DNA from: an uncultured Actinomycetes bacterium
Lineage (GTDB): Bacteria; Actinomycetota; UBA4738; HRBIN12
Assembly (NCBI GenBank): GCA_963796725.1
Contig: CAWCMT010000012.1
Coordinates: 2,026 to 66,025, forward strand
DNA length: 64,000 bases
Direction of reading: 5' to 3'
Shown here: in pieces, positions 31,911 through 42,784 of the stretch
Layout: every line of letters starts with the position of its first letter
How positions within the stretch are numbered: position 1 is the stretch's first letter
Notes under the pieces: generated by a model
Seen by the model: the letters and a program-made list of their open reading frames with translations, nothing else
What the model was told of the DNA's origin: nothing
The model's database searches: none
Program-made: the position numbers and the translations under genes

Positions 31911-33251
31911 GTGACGTCCCCCCCGTCCATGGTGCGTGATGACCCCGACTGGTCCCGTCTAGCAACGAAGATCGTCGATCGCACCGCCACCCTCGCCGTG
32001 CTCGGGCAGGGCTATGTAGGGCTGACCCTCGCCGCCGTCGCGGCCGCCGAGGGGTTCGCCGTCTGGGGCATCGACGTCGACCAGGCACGCGTGAACGGTC
32101 TGGCCGCCGGGCAGCAGGTGGTCCCGGGCGTCGATCCCGAGGAGCTCAGCGCAGGCACGAACAGCGGCAACCTGCGCTTCTCATACGTCCCCGATCCGGT
32201 GGCCGAGGCGGACATGATCTTGATCTGCGTCCCCACGCCGGTGTCCGACCACACCCCCGATCTCCGGTACGTGGAGGGCGCCGCTCGCGACGTGGCCGCC
32301 CACCTGCGTCCCGGTACGCTGGTGATCCTGGAATCCACCACCTACCCCGGGACCACCGACGCGCTCCTCAAGCCGATCCTGGAGCTCGGCTCCGGCCTCG
32401 AGGCCGGGAGGGATTTCCTCCTCGCGTACTCGCCCGAGCGCGTGGACCCGGGCAACGAGGAGTTCGGGATGCGGACCACCCCGCGCATCGTGGGCGGATC
32501 CACTCCCGAGGCCACGGAGATGGCCGTGGCCTTCTACACCACCTTGGTGGACAAGGTCGTCCCCGTCTCCACCACCCGTGCCGCCGAGACCGCGAAGCTC
32601 CTGGAGAACACGTTCCGCCACATCAACATCGCCCTGGTGAACGAGATGGCGATGCTCTGCCACGAGATGGGCATCGACGTCTGGGAGGTCATCGACGCGG
32701 CCGCCACCAAGCCGTTCGGCTACATGCCGTTCTACCCTGGCCCGGGCATCGGGGGGCACTGCATCCCGCTGGACCCCACCTACCTGGCGTGGCAGATCCG
32801 CCGCGAGTCCGGCCGCCGCTTCGGCGTGCTGGAGGCCTCCCAGGACGTGAACGAGCGCATGCCCAACTGGGTGGCCAGTCGCGCCACCGAGCTGCTGAAC
32901 GACCAGCACCGCTCGGTGCGCGGAGCCCGCGTGCTGGTGCTGGGCGTGGCGTACAAGGCCGATGTGGGTGACGTGCGGGAGTCCCCGGCCCTGCTGACGA
33001 TGCAGCTCCTGCATCGGCGCGGCGCCGACGTCCGGTTCCACGACTTCTTCGTGCGGGAAGCACAGCTGAACGGCGGCAGGGCGACGTGCGTGGCCGATCT
33101 CGAGACCGAGGTCGCGGAGGCCGACGTGGTGCTGCTGCTCACGCCGCACTCCGCCTACGACCTGGATGCGATCGCCGACCGGGCGAAGGTAGTCCTGGAC
33201 ACGCGCAACGCCTACGGGTCGGACCGCCGCCCCAACATCATCCCGCTGTAG
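31911..33251 (+). CDS. UDP-N-acetylhexosamine 6-dehydrogenase (WbpA/WecC family)
   Basis: 'GQGYVG', 'CVPTP', 'ESTTYPGTT', 'SPERVDPG', 'KLLENTFR', 'GGHCIPLDP', 'YKADVGDVRESP'. Confidence 0.93.
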   Translation: MTSPPSMVRDDPDWSRLATKIVDRTATLAVLGQGYVGLTLAAVAAAEGFAVWGIDVDQARVNGLAAGQQVVPGVDPEELSAGTNSGNLRFSYVPDPVAEADMILICVPTPVSDHTPDLRYVEGAARDVAAHLRPGTLVILESTTYPGTTDALLKPILELGSGLEAGRDFLLAYSPERVDPGNEEFGMRTTPRIVGGSTPEATEMAVAFYTTLVDKVVPVSTTRAAETAKLLENTFRHINIALVNEMAMLCHEMGIDVWEVIDAAATKPFGYMPFYPGPGIGGHCIPLDPTYLAWQIRRESGRRFGVLEASQDVNERMPNWVASRATELLNDQHRSVRGARVLVLGVAYKADVGDVRESPALLTMQLLHRRGADVRFHDFFVREAQLNGGRATCVADLETEVAEADVVLLLTPHSAYDLDAIADRAKVVLDTRNAYGSDRRPNIIPL

Positions 33252-34268
33252 CTAGCGAGCCGGAGCCACCAGCCCCTGCTCGATCTCTCCCACCGACTTA
33301 CAGCCCGCCAGCGCCATGACGTTGACGAGCTCAGCCCGCAGGATCCCCAGCACGTCGGCCACGCCCTCGGCGCCGCTCACCGCCAGGCCCCACGCCACCG
33401 GGCGGGCCACCATCACGGCCGTGGCCCCCAGCGCCAGGGCCTTCAGGACGTCGGTCCCCCGGCGCACGCCGCCGTCCACCAGGACAGGGACCCGGCCGCC
33501 GACGGCCTCCAGCACCTCGGGCAGCGCCCGCAGCGTGGCCGGCGATCCGTCCAGCTGGCGCCCGCCGTGGTTCGAGACCACGATCCCCTCGAGTCCCTGA
33601 TCCACCGCGATCCGGGCGTCCTCGGCGGTGAGGATGCCCTTCGCCAGGACCGGGAGCCCCGGCGCCGCCGAGCGGATCCAGTCCAGGTCGTCCCAGGTGA
33701 GCGCGGGCTCGAAGACCAGGTCGCCGCGCGCGCCGATCGGCAGCTCGAAGCCGCTGCGGGTGTCGCGGTGGCGCAGGCCCAGGAACGGGACGTCCACCGT
33801 CCACATCAGCGCCCCGTACCCGGCGGCCGCCACGCGCTGCAGCATGTCCCGGGTGCGCTCGCGGTCGGTGAACACGTACAGCTGCCACCACTTCGGTCCC
33901 GCCGTGGCTTGGGCGATGTCCTCCAGGTCCGCCAGCGCGGTCGAGGACACCACCATCACGGTCCCCGCCTCGGCGGCGCCGCGGGCGGTGGCGCGGTCGC
34001 CCTCGGCGTGCGCCATCTTCTGGTAGGCCCAGGGCGCCACCAGGATCGGCATCGACACGGGCACCCCCAGCACCGTGGTGGAGGGATCCGGCGTCCCCAC
34101 GCCGCGCAGCACGCGGGGCCGCAGCACCCAGTCGTCGTAGGCCCGAGGGTTCTCCCGCAGGGTGCGTTCGTCGCCGGCGCCGCCGGCGTAGAAGTCGTAG
34201 ACGTCGGGCGCCAGGAGGGCGCGCGCCGCCTCCTCGTAGTCGTCGACCGTGACGAAGTCGCCGCTCAT
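33252..34268 (-). CDS. FMN-dependent alpha-hydroxy-acid oxidase/dehydrogenase
   Basis: Starts [12 protein letters not shown] (ATG overlapping the IclR stop); 'LRPRVL', 'WWQLY', 'KGIL', 'VSNHGGRQLD', 'DGGVRRGTDVLKALALGA'. Confidence 0.9.
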   Translation of the reverse strand: MSGDFVTVDDYEEAARALLAPDVYDFYAGGAGDERTLRENPRAYDDWVLRPRVLRGVGTPDPSTTVLGVPVSMPILVAPWAYQKMAHAEGDRATARGAAEAGTVMVVSSTALADLEDIAQATAGPKWWQLYVFTDRERTRDMLQRVAAAGYGALMWTVDVPFLGLRHRDTRSGFELPIGARGDLVFEPALTWDDLDWIRSAAPGLPVLAKGILTAEDARIAVDQGLEGIVVSNHGGRQLDGSPATLRALPEVLEAVGGRVPVLVDGGVRRGTDVLKALALGATAVMVARPVAWGLAVSGAEGVADVLGILRAELVNVMALAGCKSVGEIEQGLVAPAR

Positions 34269-35067
34269 ACCCCGCCGCGCGCCGCGATCCGCCCCGCCCC
34301 CATCTCCCGGGAGAGGCCGCGCGCCGTCTCCTTCACCGTGGTCACGATCGTCGCTTGCGGATGACCTTCCGGCAGGATCCGCTCCACCGATCCCGATGAC
34401 CGCGATCGCACCCGCCACGTGCCCCCGGTGATCGAAGACCGGGGCGGCGATCTCGGCCTCCCCCACGATGGCCTCCTGATCCTCCAGGGCCAGGCCCGAT
34501 GCCGCCACGTCCTCCAGGACCGCGGCCAGGGCCTCGGGATCCGTCACCGTGCTGCCCGTGAGGCGCGCCAGCGGCGCCGCCAGGAGCGCCGCGCGGACCT
34601 CCGGCGCCACGTTCGCCACGATCGCCTTGCCCAACGCGCACGCGTGCCACGGGATCGAGGCCCCAACCTCCAGGATCTGCACCGAGTTGTCGGGGCGGAA
34701 CACGTGGTGCACGATCAGCACCGAGGGCCCGTGCATCACCCCCACGCGGACCGCCTCCCCCACCCGCGAGGCCAGCGAGTCGGCCCACAGCAGCGAGCGC
34801 CCCCGCAGCTCGTGGTTGTCCAGGAAGGCGTTCCCCAGCTGCAGCATCGCGGGGCCCAGCCGGTACTTGCCGGTCTCGGCGTCCTGCTCCACCAGCTCCT
34901 GCTGCTCCAGCGTGCGCAGCATCCCGTGCACGGTGCCCTTCGACGAGCTCCAGGCGCTCGGCCAGCTCGGTGACGCCCAGGCGCGAGGTGCCCGCGCCCA
35001 GCGCCTTCAGGATGCGCGCCGCCCGGTCGACCGACTGGATCGTCCCCCGGCGCTCGGGCCCACTCAT
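34265..35067 (-). CDS. IclR-family regulator, GylR-like (two frameshifts)
   Basis: '[14 protein letters not shown]...[37 protein letters not shown]', 'HHVFRPD....ILEVG', 'HACALGK'; divergent from glpF-glpK. Confidence 0.88.
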
Positions 35068-35726
35068 CCAACCCCGCCGGCGGAGGACGCCAGCGCGGCG
35101 AAGAGCAGGCCCGTCGACGTGGCGCCGGGATCCTGATGCCCGACGCTGCGCGGGCCGAGGTAGCTGGCCCGCCCCTTCCGCGCCTGCATCGGGATCGTGG
35201 CGTGCGCGCCCTCACGCGCGGCCTCGGCGGCACGCGTGGCCGCCACCTCGATCGTGTGCGCGGACCGCAGCTCGCGCTCCATGGCTACCAGGGCGGGCTC
35301 GTAGGCGTCGACGATCGTCTTGTCGCCCGCCACGGCCGCGCCCAGCCGTTGGATCCCGTCGAGGCCGGCGCGCAGCGCCTTCAGCAGGTCCTCGCCGTCG
35401 AAGGGGCCGGCCGTCGGCAGGGCCGAGCCCATATCTCGGAACATCGATCCGAACAGCGGCCCGGCGGCGCCGCCCACGCGTCGGATCAGCGTCGCCCCCA
35501 CGTGCTGCAGGACCTCCCCCGGCTCCAGGTCCCCGTCGGCCTCCAGGTCGGTGACCGCGGCGGAGAACCCCCGGTCCATGTTGACGCCGTGGTCGGCGTC
35601 GCCGATCGCGGCGTCCAGCTGGGTCAGGTAGTCGCGGTTGGCGGCGAAGCCATCGGCGCAGATGCGGACCCACCGTCGGACGAAGGCGCCGTCCAGCCGC
35701 TCCTGCGTCTCCATGCGCTCGCTCAC
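35064..35726 (-). CDS. dhaL: Dihydroxyacetone kinase ADP-binding subunit DhaL (second paralog)
   Basis: '[21 protein letters not shown]', '[10 protein letters not shown]', 'GDKTIVDA', '[21 protein letters not shown]'. Its TGA overlaps the IclR ATG. Confidence 0.9.
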   Translation of the reverse strand: MSERMETQERLDGAFVRRWVRICADGFAANRDYLTQLDAAIGDADHGVNMDRGFSAAVTDLEADGDLEPGEVLQHVGATLIRRVGGAAGPLFGSMFRDMGSALPTAGPFDGEDLLKALRAGLDGIQRLGAAVAGDKTIVDAYEPALVAMERELRSAHTIEVAATRAAEAAREGAHATIPMQARKGRASYLGPRSVGHQDPGATSTGLLFAALASSAGGVG

Positions 35727-35803
35727 ACCGCGGACACCTTCCGGCCCATGCCACATGCTTGTCAAGCCGACGCGCCGCGGTACCTCGGTGATCAACCCCA
35801 TGT

Positions 35804-35820
35804 GTTCGATGATACCGAAC
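35804..35820. promoter_or_regulatory. Candidate IclR/GylR operator (GTTCG-N7-CGAAC)
   Basis: Palindrome GTTCGATGATACCGAAC in the divergent intergenic region between dhaL2-iclR and glpF; a partial second copy (TTCGATACCAAACGA) lies at ~35845. Confidence 0.5.
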
Positions 35821-35936
35821 GGCGTCTGGCATCCCCGCAGAAGATTCGATACCAAACGACTATTGACTTCACAACCGGAACGGCATTGGCTAGGGGACAG
35901 ATGGGAGCTGCCCCGGGAGGGGCATGACAGAAGGGG

Positions 35937-36719
35937 GTGGTCACCCAGATGTTTTGGGGAGAAGTGGTTGGCACCGGAGTGCTGATCCTGCTCGGTGACG
36001 GCGTCGTCGCCGGCGTCCTGCTGAACAAGTCGAAAGCCCAGAACGGCGGATGGATCGTCATCACCTGGGCGTGGGGCATGGCGGTGACCATGGGTGTCCT
36101 CGCGAGCCTCGCCGTCAGCGGCGGCGTCGCGCACCTGAACCCGGCCGTGACGGTCGGACTGGCGGCCATCGGCGCCTACAAGTGGGCCGACGTGCCGATC
36201 ACGATCGCCGGTGAGTTCGTCGGCGCGATGATCGGCGCGATCCTCGTCTACCTCGCCTACCTGGTGCACTGGGCCGAGACCGAGGACCCGGGCCTCAAGC
36301 TCGCGGTCTTCAGCACCGGCCCCGCGATCCGCAACACCGCGGCGAACCTGATCACGGAGATCATCGGCACGGCCATGCTGCTGCTCGGCGTCCTGTCGAT
36401 CAGCGGGCTCTACATGGGCAAGGTCGGTCTGACCGGTGCCCTGGCGACCGGCGCCCTGCCGGTGGGCCTCCTGGTGTTGGTCATCGGTCTGTCCCTCGGT
36501 GGACCGACCGGGTACGCGATCAACCCGGCTCGAGACCTCGGGCCGCGCATCATCCACGCCATCCTTCCGATCGCCGGCAAGGGCGGCTCGGACTGGGCGT
36601 ACTCGTGGATCCCGGTGGTCGGGCCGATGATCGGAGGCGTGATCGGCGCGTTCATCGCCAAGTGGGTCTTCGACCTGACTTTCGTACTGACCGCGCGGGC
36701 GGACGGGGGGGTCGGCTGA
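35937..36719 (+). CDS. glpF: Glycerol uptake facilitator (MIP aquaglyceroporin); true stop may be ~36690
   Basis: 'HLNPAVT', '[17 protein letters not shown]', '[13 protein letters not shown]'. Confidence 0.95.
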   Translation: MVTQMFWGEVVGTGVLILLGDGVVAGVLLNKSKAQNGGWIVITWAWGMAVTMGVLASLAVSGGVAHLNPAVTVGLAAIGAYKWADVPITIAGEFVGAMIGAILVYLAYLVHWAETEDPGLKLAVFSTGPAIRNTAANLITEIIGTAMLLLGVLSISGLYMGKVGLTGALATGALPVGLLVLVIGLSLGGPTGYAINPARDLGPRIIHAILPIAGKGGSDWAYSWIPVVGPMIGGVIGAFIAKWVFDLTFVLTARADGGVG

Positions 36720-36734
36720 CCCCCTCGCGTCCGC
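36699..36734 (+). terminator. GC-rich stem-loop between glpF and dhaK
   Basis: GCGGACG-GGGGGGTC-GGCT-GACCCCC-TCG-CGTCCGC inverted repeat; no U tract. Confidence 0.4.
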
Positions 36735-36761
36735 ATCTGCACAGGAGGTGAGGCACACACG

Positions 36762-37764
36762 ATGAAGAAGCTCATCAACGACACCGCCGATGTCGTACGC
36801 GAGTCGCTCCAGGGAGTGGAGGCGGCGCACGGCGACCTGGTGAAGGTGTTCTACGACCCGTACTACATCGTGCGGGCCGACGCCCCGGTCAAGGGCAAGG
36901 TGGCCCTGGTCTCGGGCGGCGGCTCCGGCCACGAGCCCATGCACGGAGGCTTCGTGGGCATGGGCATGCTGGATGCGGCCTGCCCGGGCGAGGTATTCAC
37001 CTCCCCCACCCCCGACCAGATGGAGGCGGCCACCAAGGCCGTCGACGGCGGGGCGGGCGTGATCCACATCGTCAAGAACTACACCGGCGACGTCATGAAC
37101 TTCGACATGGCCGCCGAGCTCTGCCGCGCCGCGGGCACCGACGTCGAGGCCGTGGTGGTCGATGACGACGTGGCGGTCCAGGACTCCCTCTACACGGCCG
37201 GGCGCCGCGGCGTCGGGGACACCGTGCTGATGGAGAAGATCGCGGGCGCGGCCGCGGAGGAAGGGCGGCCGCTGAAGGAGGTCGCCGACATCTGCCGCGA
37301 GGTGAACGCCAACGGCCGCTCGCATGGGCATGGCGCTCACGTCGTGCACGGTGCCCGCCGCAGGCAAGCCCACCTTCGAGTTGGGCGACGACGAGATGGA
37401 GATCGGCATCGGGATCCACGGCGAGCCCGGTCGCGAGCGCATGAAGATCAAGAGCGCGGCCGAGATCGTGGAGATGATGGCCACGGCCGTGGCCGACGAC
37501 TTCCCGCTCGCGAGCGGCGATCGCGTCCTGGCGTTCGTCAACGGCATGGGCGGCACGCCCCTGATCGAGCTCTACATCGTCTACAACGAGCTGGCGAAGT
37601 TCCTCAAGGGTCGTGGCGTCACGATCGAGCGGAACCTGGTCGGCTCCTACATCACGTCGCTCGAGATGGCGGGGTGCTCGATCACCCTGCTGAAGCTGAA
37701 CGACGACTTCATCAAGCTGTGGGACGCGCCCGTGAAGACGGCCGGCCTGCGCTGGGGCGCCTGA
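36762..37764 (+). CDS. dhaK: Dihydroxyacetone kinase subunit DhaK (frameshift ~37322)
   Basis: 'MKKLIN', '[23 protein letters not shown]', 'KNYTGD..NF', 'GIGIHGEPG', 'TSLEMAG'. Confidence 0.95.
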
Positions 37765-37800
37765 GGTCTATCCGATGGCGCGGAAGGAGGAGGTGACAGG

Positions 37801-38437
37801 GTGAGCGTCACCTACGCGGACGCCCTCAGCTTCGTCCGCGGGTTCGCGGCCATGGTGGCCGAGAACAAGACGTACCTGACCGAGCTGGACTCCGCGATCG
37901 GCGACGCCGACCACGGGATCAACATGGACCGGGGGTTCACCGCGGTCCTCGACCAAGCTCGACGGGCTGCCCGAGGACGACATCGGGGCCCTCTTCAAGA
38001 CGGTGGGCATGACCCTCGTGTCCACCGTCGGGGGGGCCAGCGGGCCCCTCTACGGCACCTTCTTCCTGCGTCTGGCCGTCGCCACCGATGGGAAGGCGGA
38101 GATCGGCGCCGAGGACTGGCGCGCGGCGCTCTCCGATGCCATCGACGGCGTCCAGGCGCGGGGGAAGGCCGAGCCCAACGACAAGACCATGCTGGACTGT
38201 CTATGGCCCGCCCAGGCGGCCCTGGGGGAGGCGCTCGATGAGGGCGCCTCCTTCGCCGAGGCGTTGCAACGCTCGGCCGCCGCCGGGGAGGACGGGATGA
38301 AGGCCACGATCCCATTGGTGGCCAGGAAGGGACGCGCCAGCTACCTGGGCGAGCGCAGCGCCGGGCATCAAGACCCCGGCGCCACGTCGTCGTTCCTGTT
38401 GCTGAAGACCGTCGCCGACACATGGGCCGGCGCCTGA
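37801..38437 (+). CDS. dhaL: Dihydroxyacetone kinase subunit DhaL (frameshift ~37960)
   Basis: '[18 protein letters not shown]', '[10 protein letters not shown]', 'DKTMLD', '[21 protein letters not shown]'. Confidence 0.93.
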
Positions 38438-38462
38438 GACGAAGAACGATAGGAGGCAAGTC

Positions 38463-39963
<1,501 letters not shown>

Positions 39964-39973
39964 CCGGTGCGTC

Positions 39974-40069
39974 GCATCCTCCCGCGCGCGATGCGGGCGG
40001 GAGGGTGCACCACCAGATGTGGAGGGTCCCGCGGACGGACCGCACCGCCGACCGCGGGACCCCTCCACA
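39974..40069 (+). terminator. Two tandem stem-loops after glpK (39974-40008 and 40018-40069)
   Basis: GCATCCTCCCGC...GCGGGAGGGTGC, and TGTGGAGGGTCCCGCGG...CCGCGGGACCCCTCCACA (17-bp arm with one extra C). Confidence 0.55.
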
Positions 40070-40086
40070 GGATCGGGAGGCGACAC

Positions 40087-40317
40087 ATGGACGACGGGGA
40101 AGAAGGACAAGGCAAGGACGAGCACGAGGGCGACTTCGCCGAGGGGCAGGAGACCGAGCCCGAGAGGACGAGCATGTCGGGGACGTTCGCCACGGGCGAG
40201 GAGAAGGGCGAGGGCCCGGAGGTCGGTGGACGCGAGGGCGACTTCGCCAAGGGGCAGGAGACCGAGCCCGAGAGCGAGCACCGCGGGGACTTCGCCGAGG
40301 GCCGAAGAGGAACCTAA
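40087..40317 (+). CDS. Small acidic repeat protein (four G[DT]FAxG repeats)
   Basis: GGGAGG RBS at 40075-40080, then [26 protein letters not shown]...GTFATGEEK...[23 protein letters not shown]; GC-rich third positions. Confidence 0.7.
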   Translation: MDDGEEGQGKDEHEGDFAEGQETEPERTSMSGTFATGEEKGEGPEVGGREGDFAKGQETEPESEHRGDFAEGRRGT

Positions 40318-40340
40318 CGACGACTGAGCCCTCGGTGGCG

Positions 40341-41627
40341 ATGATGCCGGTATGGCTGCGAGCGGGCGCCTCGCAGCACGTCTTGATCGTCGGCGGTGGG
40401 GGCACCGGCGGCGCGCTCGCGCACGACCTCGCGCTGCGGGGACTGAGGGTCACGCTCGTGGAGCGGGGCGAGTTCACCTCCGGCACCACCGGGCGCCACC
40501 ACGGCCTGCTCCACTCCGGCGGCGCGCTACGCGGTGAACGACCAGGAGTCCGCCGATCGAGTGCATCGAGGAGAACCGGATCCTGCGCAAGATCGCGCCG
40601 GGGTCCTTCGAGGAGAACGACGGGCTGTTCGTCGCCGATCACCGACGAGGACATGGACTACCTGCCGCTGTTCATGGACGGCTGCGAGGCCACCGGCATC
40701 CCCACGCAACGGTACGGGCCCCAGGAGGCCCTGGCGGTCGAGCCGATGCTCAACCCGGAGCTGAAGGCCGCCGTGCGCGTGCCCGATGCCACGATGGATG
40801 CCATGCGCATGCCGCATGCGCTTCTTCGCCACCGCCAAGGCCAACGGCGCGCGAGCTCCTGAACTACGTGGAGGTCACGGGCATCCTGACGTCCAGACGC
40901 GGCGCGTGGACGGCGCGGCCGTGCGCGACCAGGTCACCGGGCGCGACGCCGAGATCCACGCCGACCTCGTGGTCAACGCCACCGGGCCATGGTCGGAGAA
41001 GCTGGCCGCGATGGCCGGCGGTGGACGTGCCCATCCGCCCCTCCCCCGGCGTGATGCTGGCGCTGCGCGGGCGCCTGTGCAACATGGTCGTGAACCGCCT
41101 GCACCGCTCCGGCGACGGCGACATCGTGGTGCCCCAGCGCGGGCTCTCGGTGGTGGGCGACGAGCTCGTGGACGGTGGAGGACCCCGATGAGCTCGACGT
41201 CCCCGAGGACCACGTGCGCCGGATGGTCGAGGAGGGGTCGAAGCTGATCCCGGCCGTGCGCACGGCGGCGTTCCGCGCGGCGTGGTCGGCGGCGCGGCCC
41301 CTGATCGGCTCGACGGAGGACGCCGACTCAGCGGCCGCGAGCTGTCGCGCACGTTCAAGACGATCGACCACGCCGCAGACCGACGGCGCTGGAGGGCTTC
41401 GTCACGATCACCGGCGGCAAGGGCACCACGCTGCGCGGGCATGGCCGAGCTGTGCGCGAACGTGGTCTGCGGCAAGCTCGGCGTCGACGACGCCCTGCCG
41501 GACGCGCGACACGGTCCTGCTCCCCCACACCGCCTACTTCGCGAACGAGCGTGATGACGATGGCGCAGACCACCAGCGCGGCGCTCGCCGCCGGATGCCC
41601 AGACCGCCGCCGGCGGGCACCCGATGA
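40341..41627 (+). CDS. glpA: FAD-dependent glycerol-3-phosphate dehydrogenase subunit A, short form (multiple frameshifts)
   Basis: '[25 protein letters not shown]...[36 protein letters not shown]', 'VNATGPW', '[20 protein letters not shown]...CRT' match GlpA signatures. No C-terminal BFD-like Cys domain is visible. Confidence 0.88.
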
Positions 41628-42330
41628 CCGGGCACGCGCACGGTGAAGGTCTTCCGCTTCAAGCGGGGCGACGCGGATCCTCACTACGAGGAGTACGAGG
41701 TCCCGGTGGGCGACCGGACCACCGTGACTCGAGGCCCTGCGCTGGATCCAGATCCACCGCGACACGCACCCTGGCGATCCGCCACTCCTGCCTCCACGCG
41801 TCCTGCGGCACCTGCGGGCTCCGCGTGAACGGCCGCGAGGGCCTGGGCTGCGTCACGGCGCTGGAGGACGTGGGCGGCGACGTGGTGACGATGGAGCCGA
41901 TGGCGAACCTCCCGGTCCTCAACGACCTGGTCATCGACATGGCGCCGTTCGTGGAGCGGTTCCCCGCGCCGCACCCCATCATCCGCGGCAGCGAGTTCCT
42001 GCGGCAGGCCATCCCCGCCGGAGGGCGTGGAGCACTGGGAGCGCTTCGAAGACTGCATCGAGTGCGGGCTCTGCCTCTCGGCGTGCCCGGTGGCCGCCAC
42101 CGACGACACGTACGTCGGGCCCGCCGCCCTCGCCTACGCCCAGCGGCTGCTGGAGGAGGCGCGCGGCGCGGACCGCGAGGCGATCCTGGACTGGGCCGAC
42201 GACGACGCCGCGGCCTGGCGGTGCCACGCCGCGTTCGAGTGCACCGAGGCCTGCCCCTCGAACGTGCGGCCGGCGCAGCGGATCATGGCGCTGCGCAAGG
42301 AGCTGCAGCGCCGGGAGGGGGTCCTCATGA
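41624..42330 (+). CDS. Succinate dehydrogenase/fumarate reductase-type iron-sulfur subunit (SdhB/FrdB-like)
   Basis: 'VKVFRFK', 'RHSCLHASCGTCGLRVNG...GC' (2Fe-2S), 'EPMANLPVLNDLVID', 'CIECGLCLSACP' (4Fe-4S), 'YVGPAAL', 'CHAAFECTEACP' (3Fe-4S). Its ATG overlaps the glpA TGA. Confidence 0.9.
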
Positions 42331-42784
42331 GCGACCGCACGCCCCGCCGATCCCGGCCTGGAGGCGCTGCGCGACGCGCGGAGGGCGCCGGGCCCGGTGC
42401 CGCGCAAGGGCCTGGGGACGGCCCGGTCGCATGGTTCGATATCCGCCGCGGCGGGCTCGGGCACTTCGCGTTCTCCCTGAACCGCATCACGGGGCTCGGC
42501 CTGGTCTTCTACCTCTACCTGCACCTGGCGGTGCTCTCGTTGCTGCTGGGCGGCGCGTCCTCGTGGAGCGGGTTCCTGGCCCGGGCCACAACGCCGATCT
42601 TCCTCGGGCTCGACGTGCTGCTGATCTTCGGGCTGCTGGCACACGGGCTCAACGGGCTGCGGCGTGGCGCTGGTGGGCAGCGGCTTCGCCACGGACCATC
42701 AGAAGGCCCTGTACTGGTCGGCCGCGATCTTCGGCACGATCCTGCTGATCGGGGCCGCGCTGCACATCTTCGGGGAGCGGATGA
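42327..42784 (+). CDS. SdhC-like cytochrome b membrane anchor
   Basis: 'FSLNRITGLGLVFYLYLHL', 'LLAHGLNGLR', three hydrophobic helices; frameshift ~42662. Confidence 0.8.

Noticed and set aside
33252-34931. Apparent IclR-hydroxy-acid-oxidase fusion ORF (559 aa)
   Set aside because: The linker is out-of-frame gibberish. The alternative frame gives a normal IclR C-terminus ending in a TGA that overlaps the oxidase ATG at 34265-34268, so this is an indel artefact.
29299-37556. Very long antisense ORFs (e.g. 29299..30930; the upstream part of 35064..37556)
   Set aside because: Shadow frames of high-GC genes on the opposite strand. Only the last ~220 codons of 35064..37556 (DhaL) are real.
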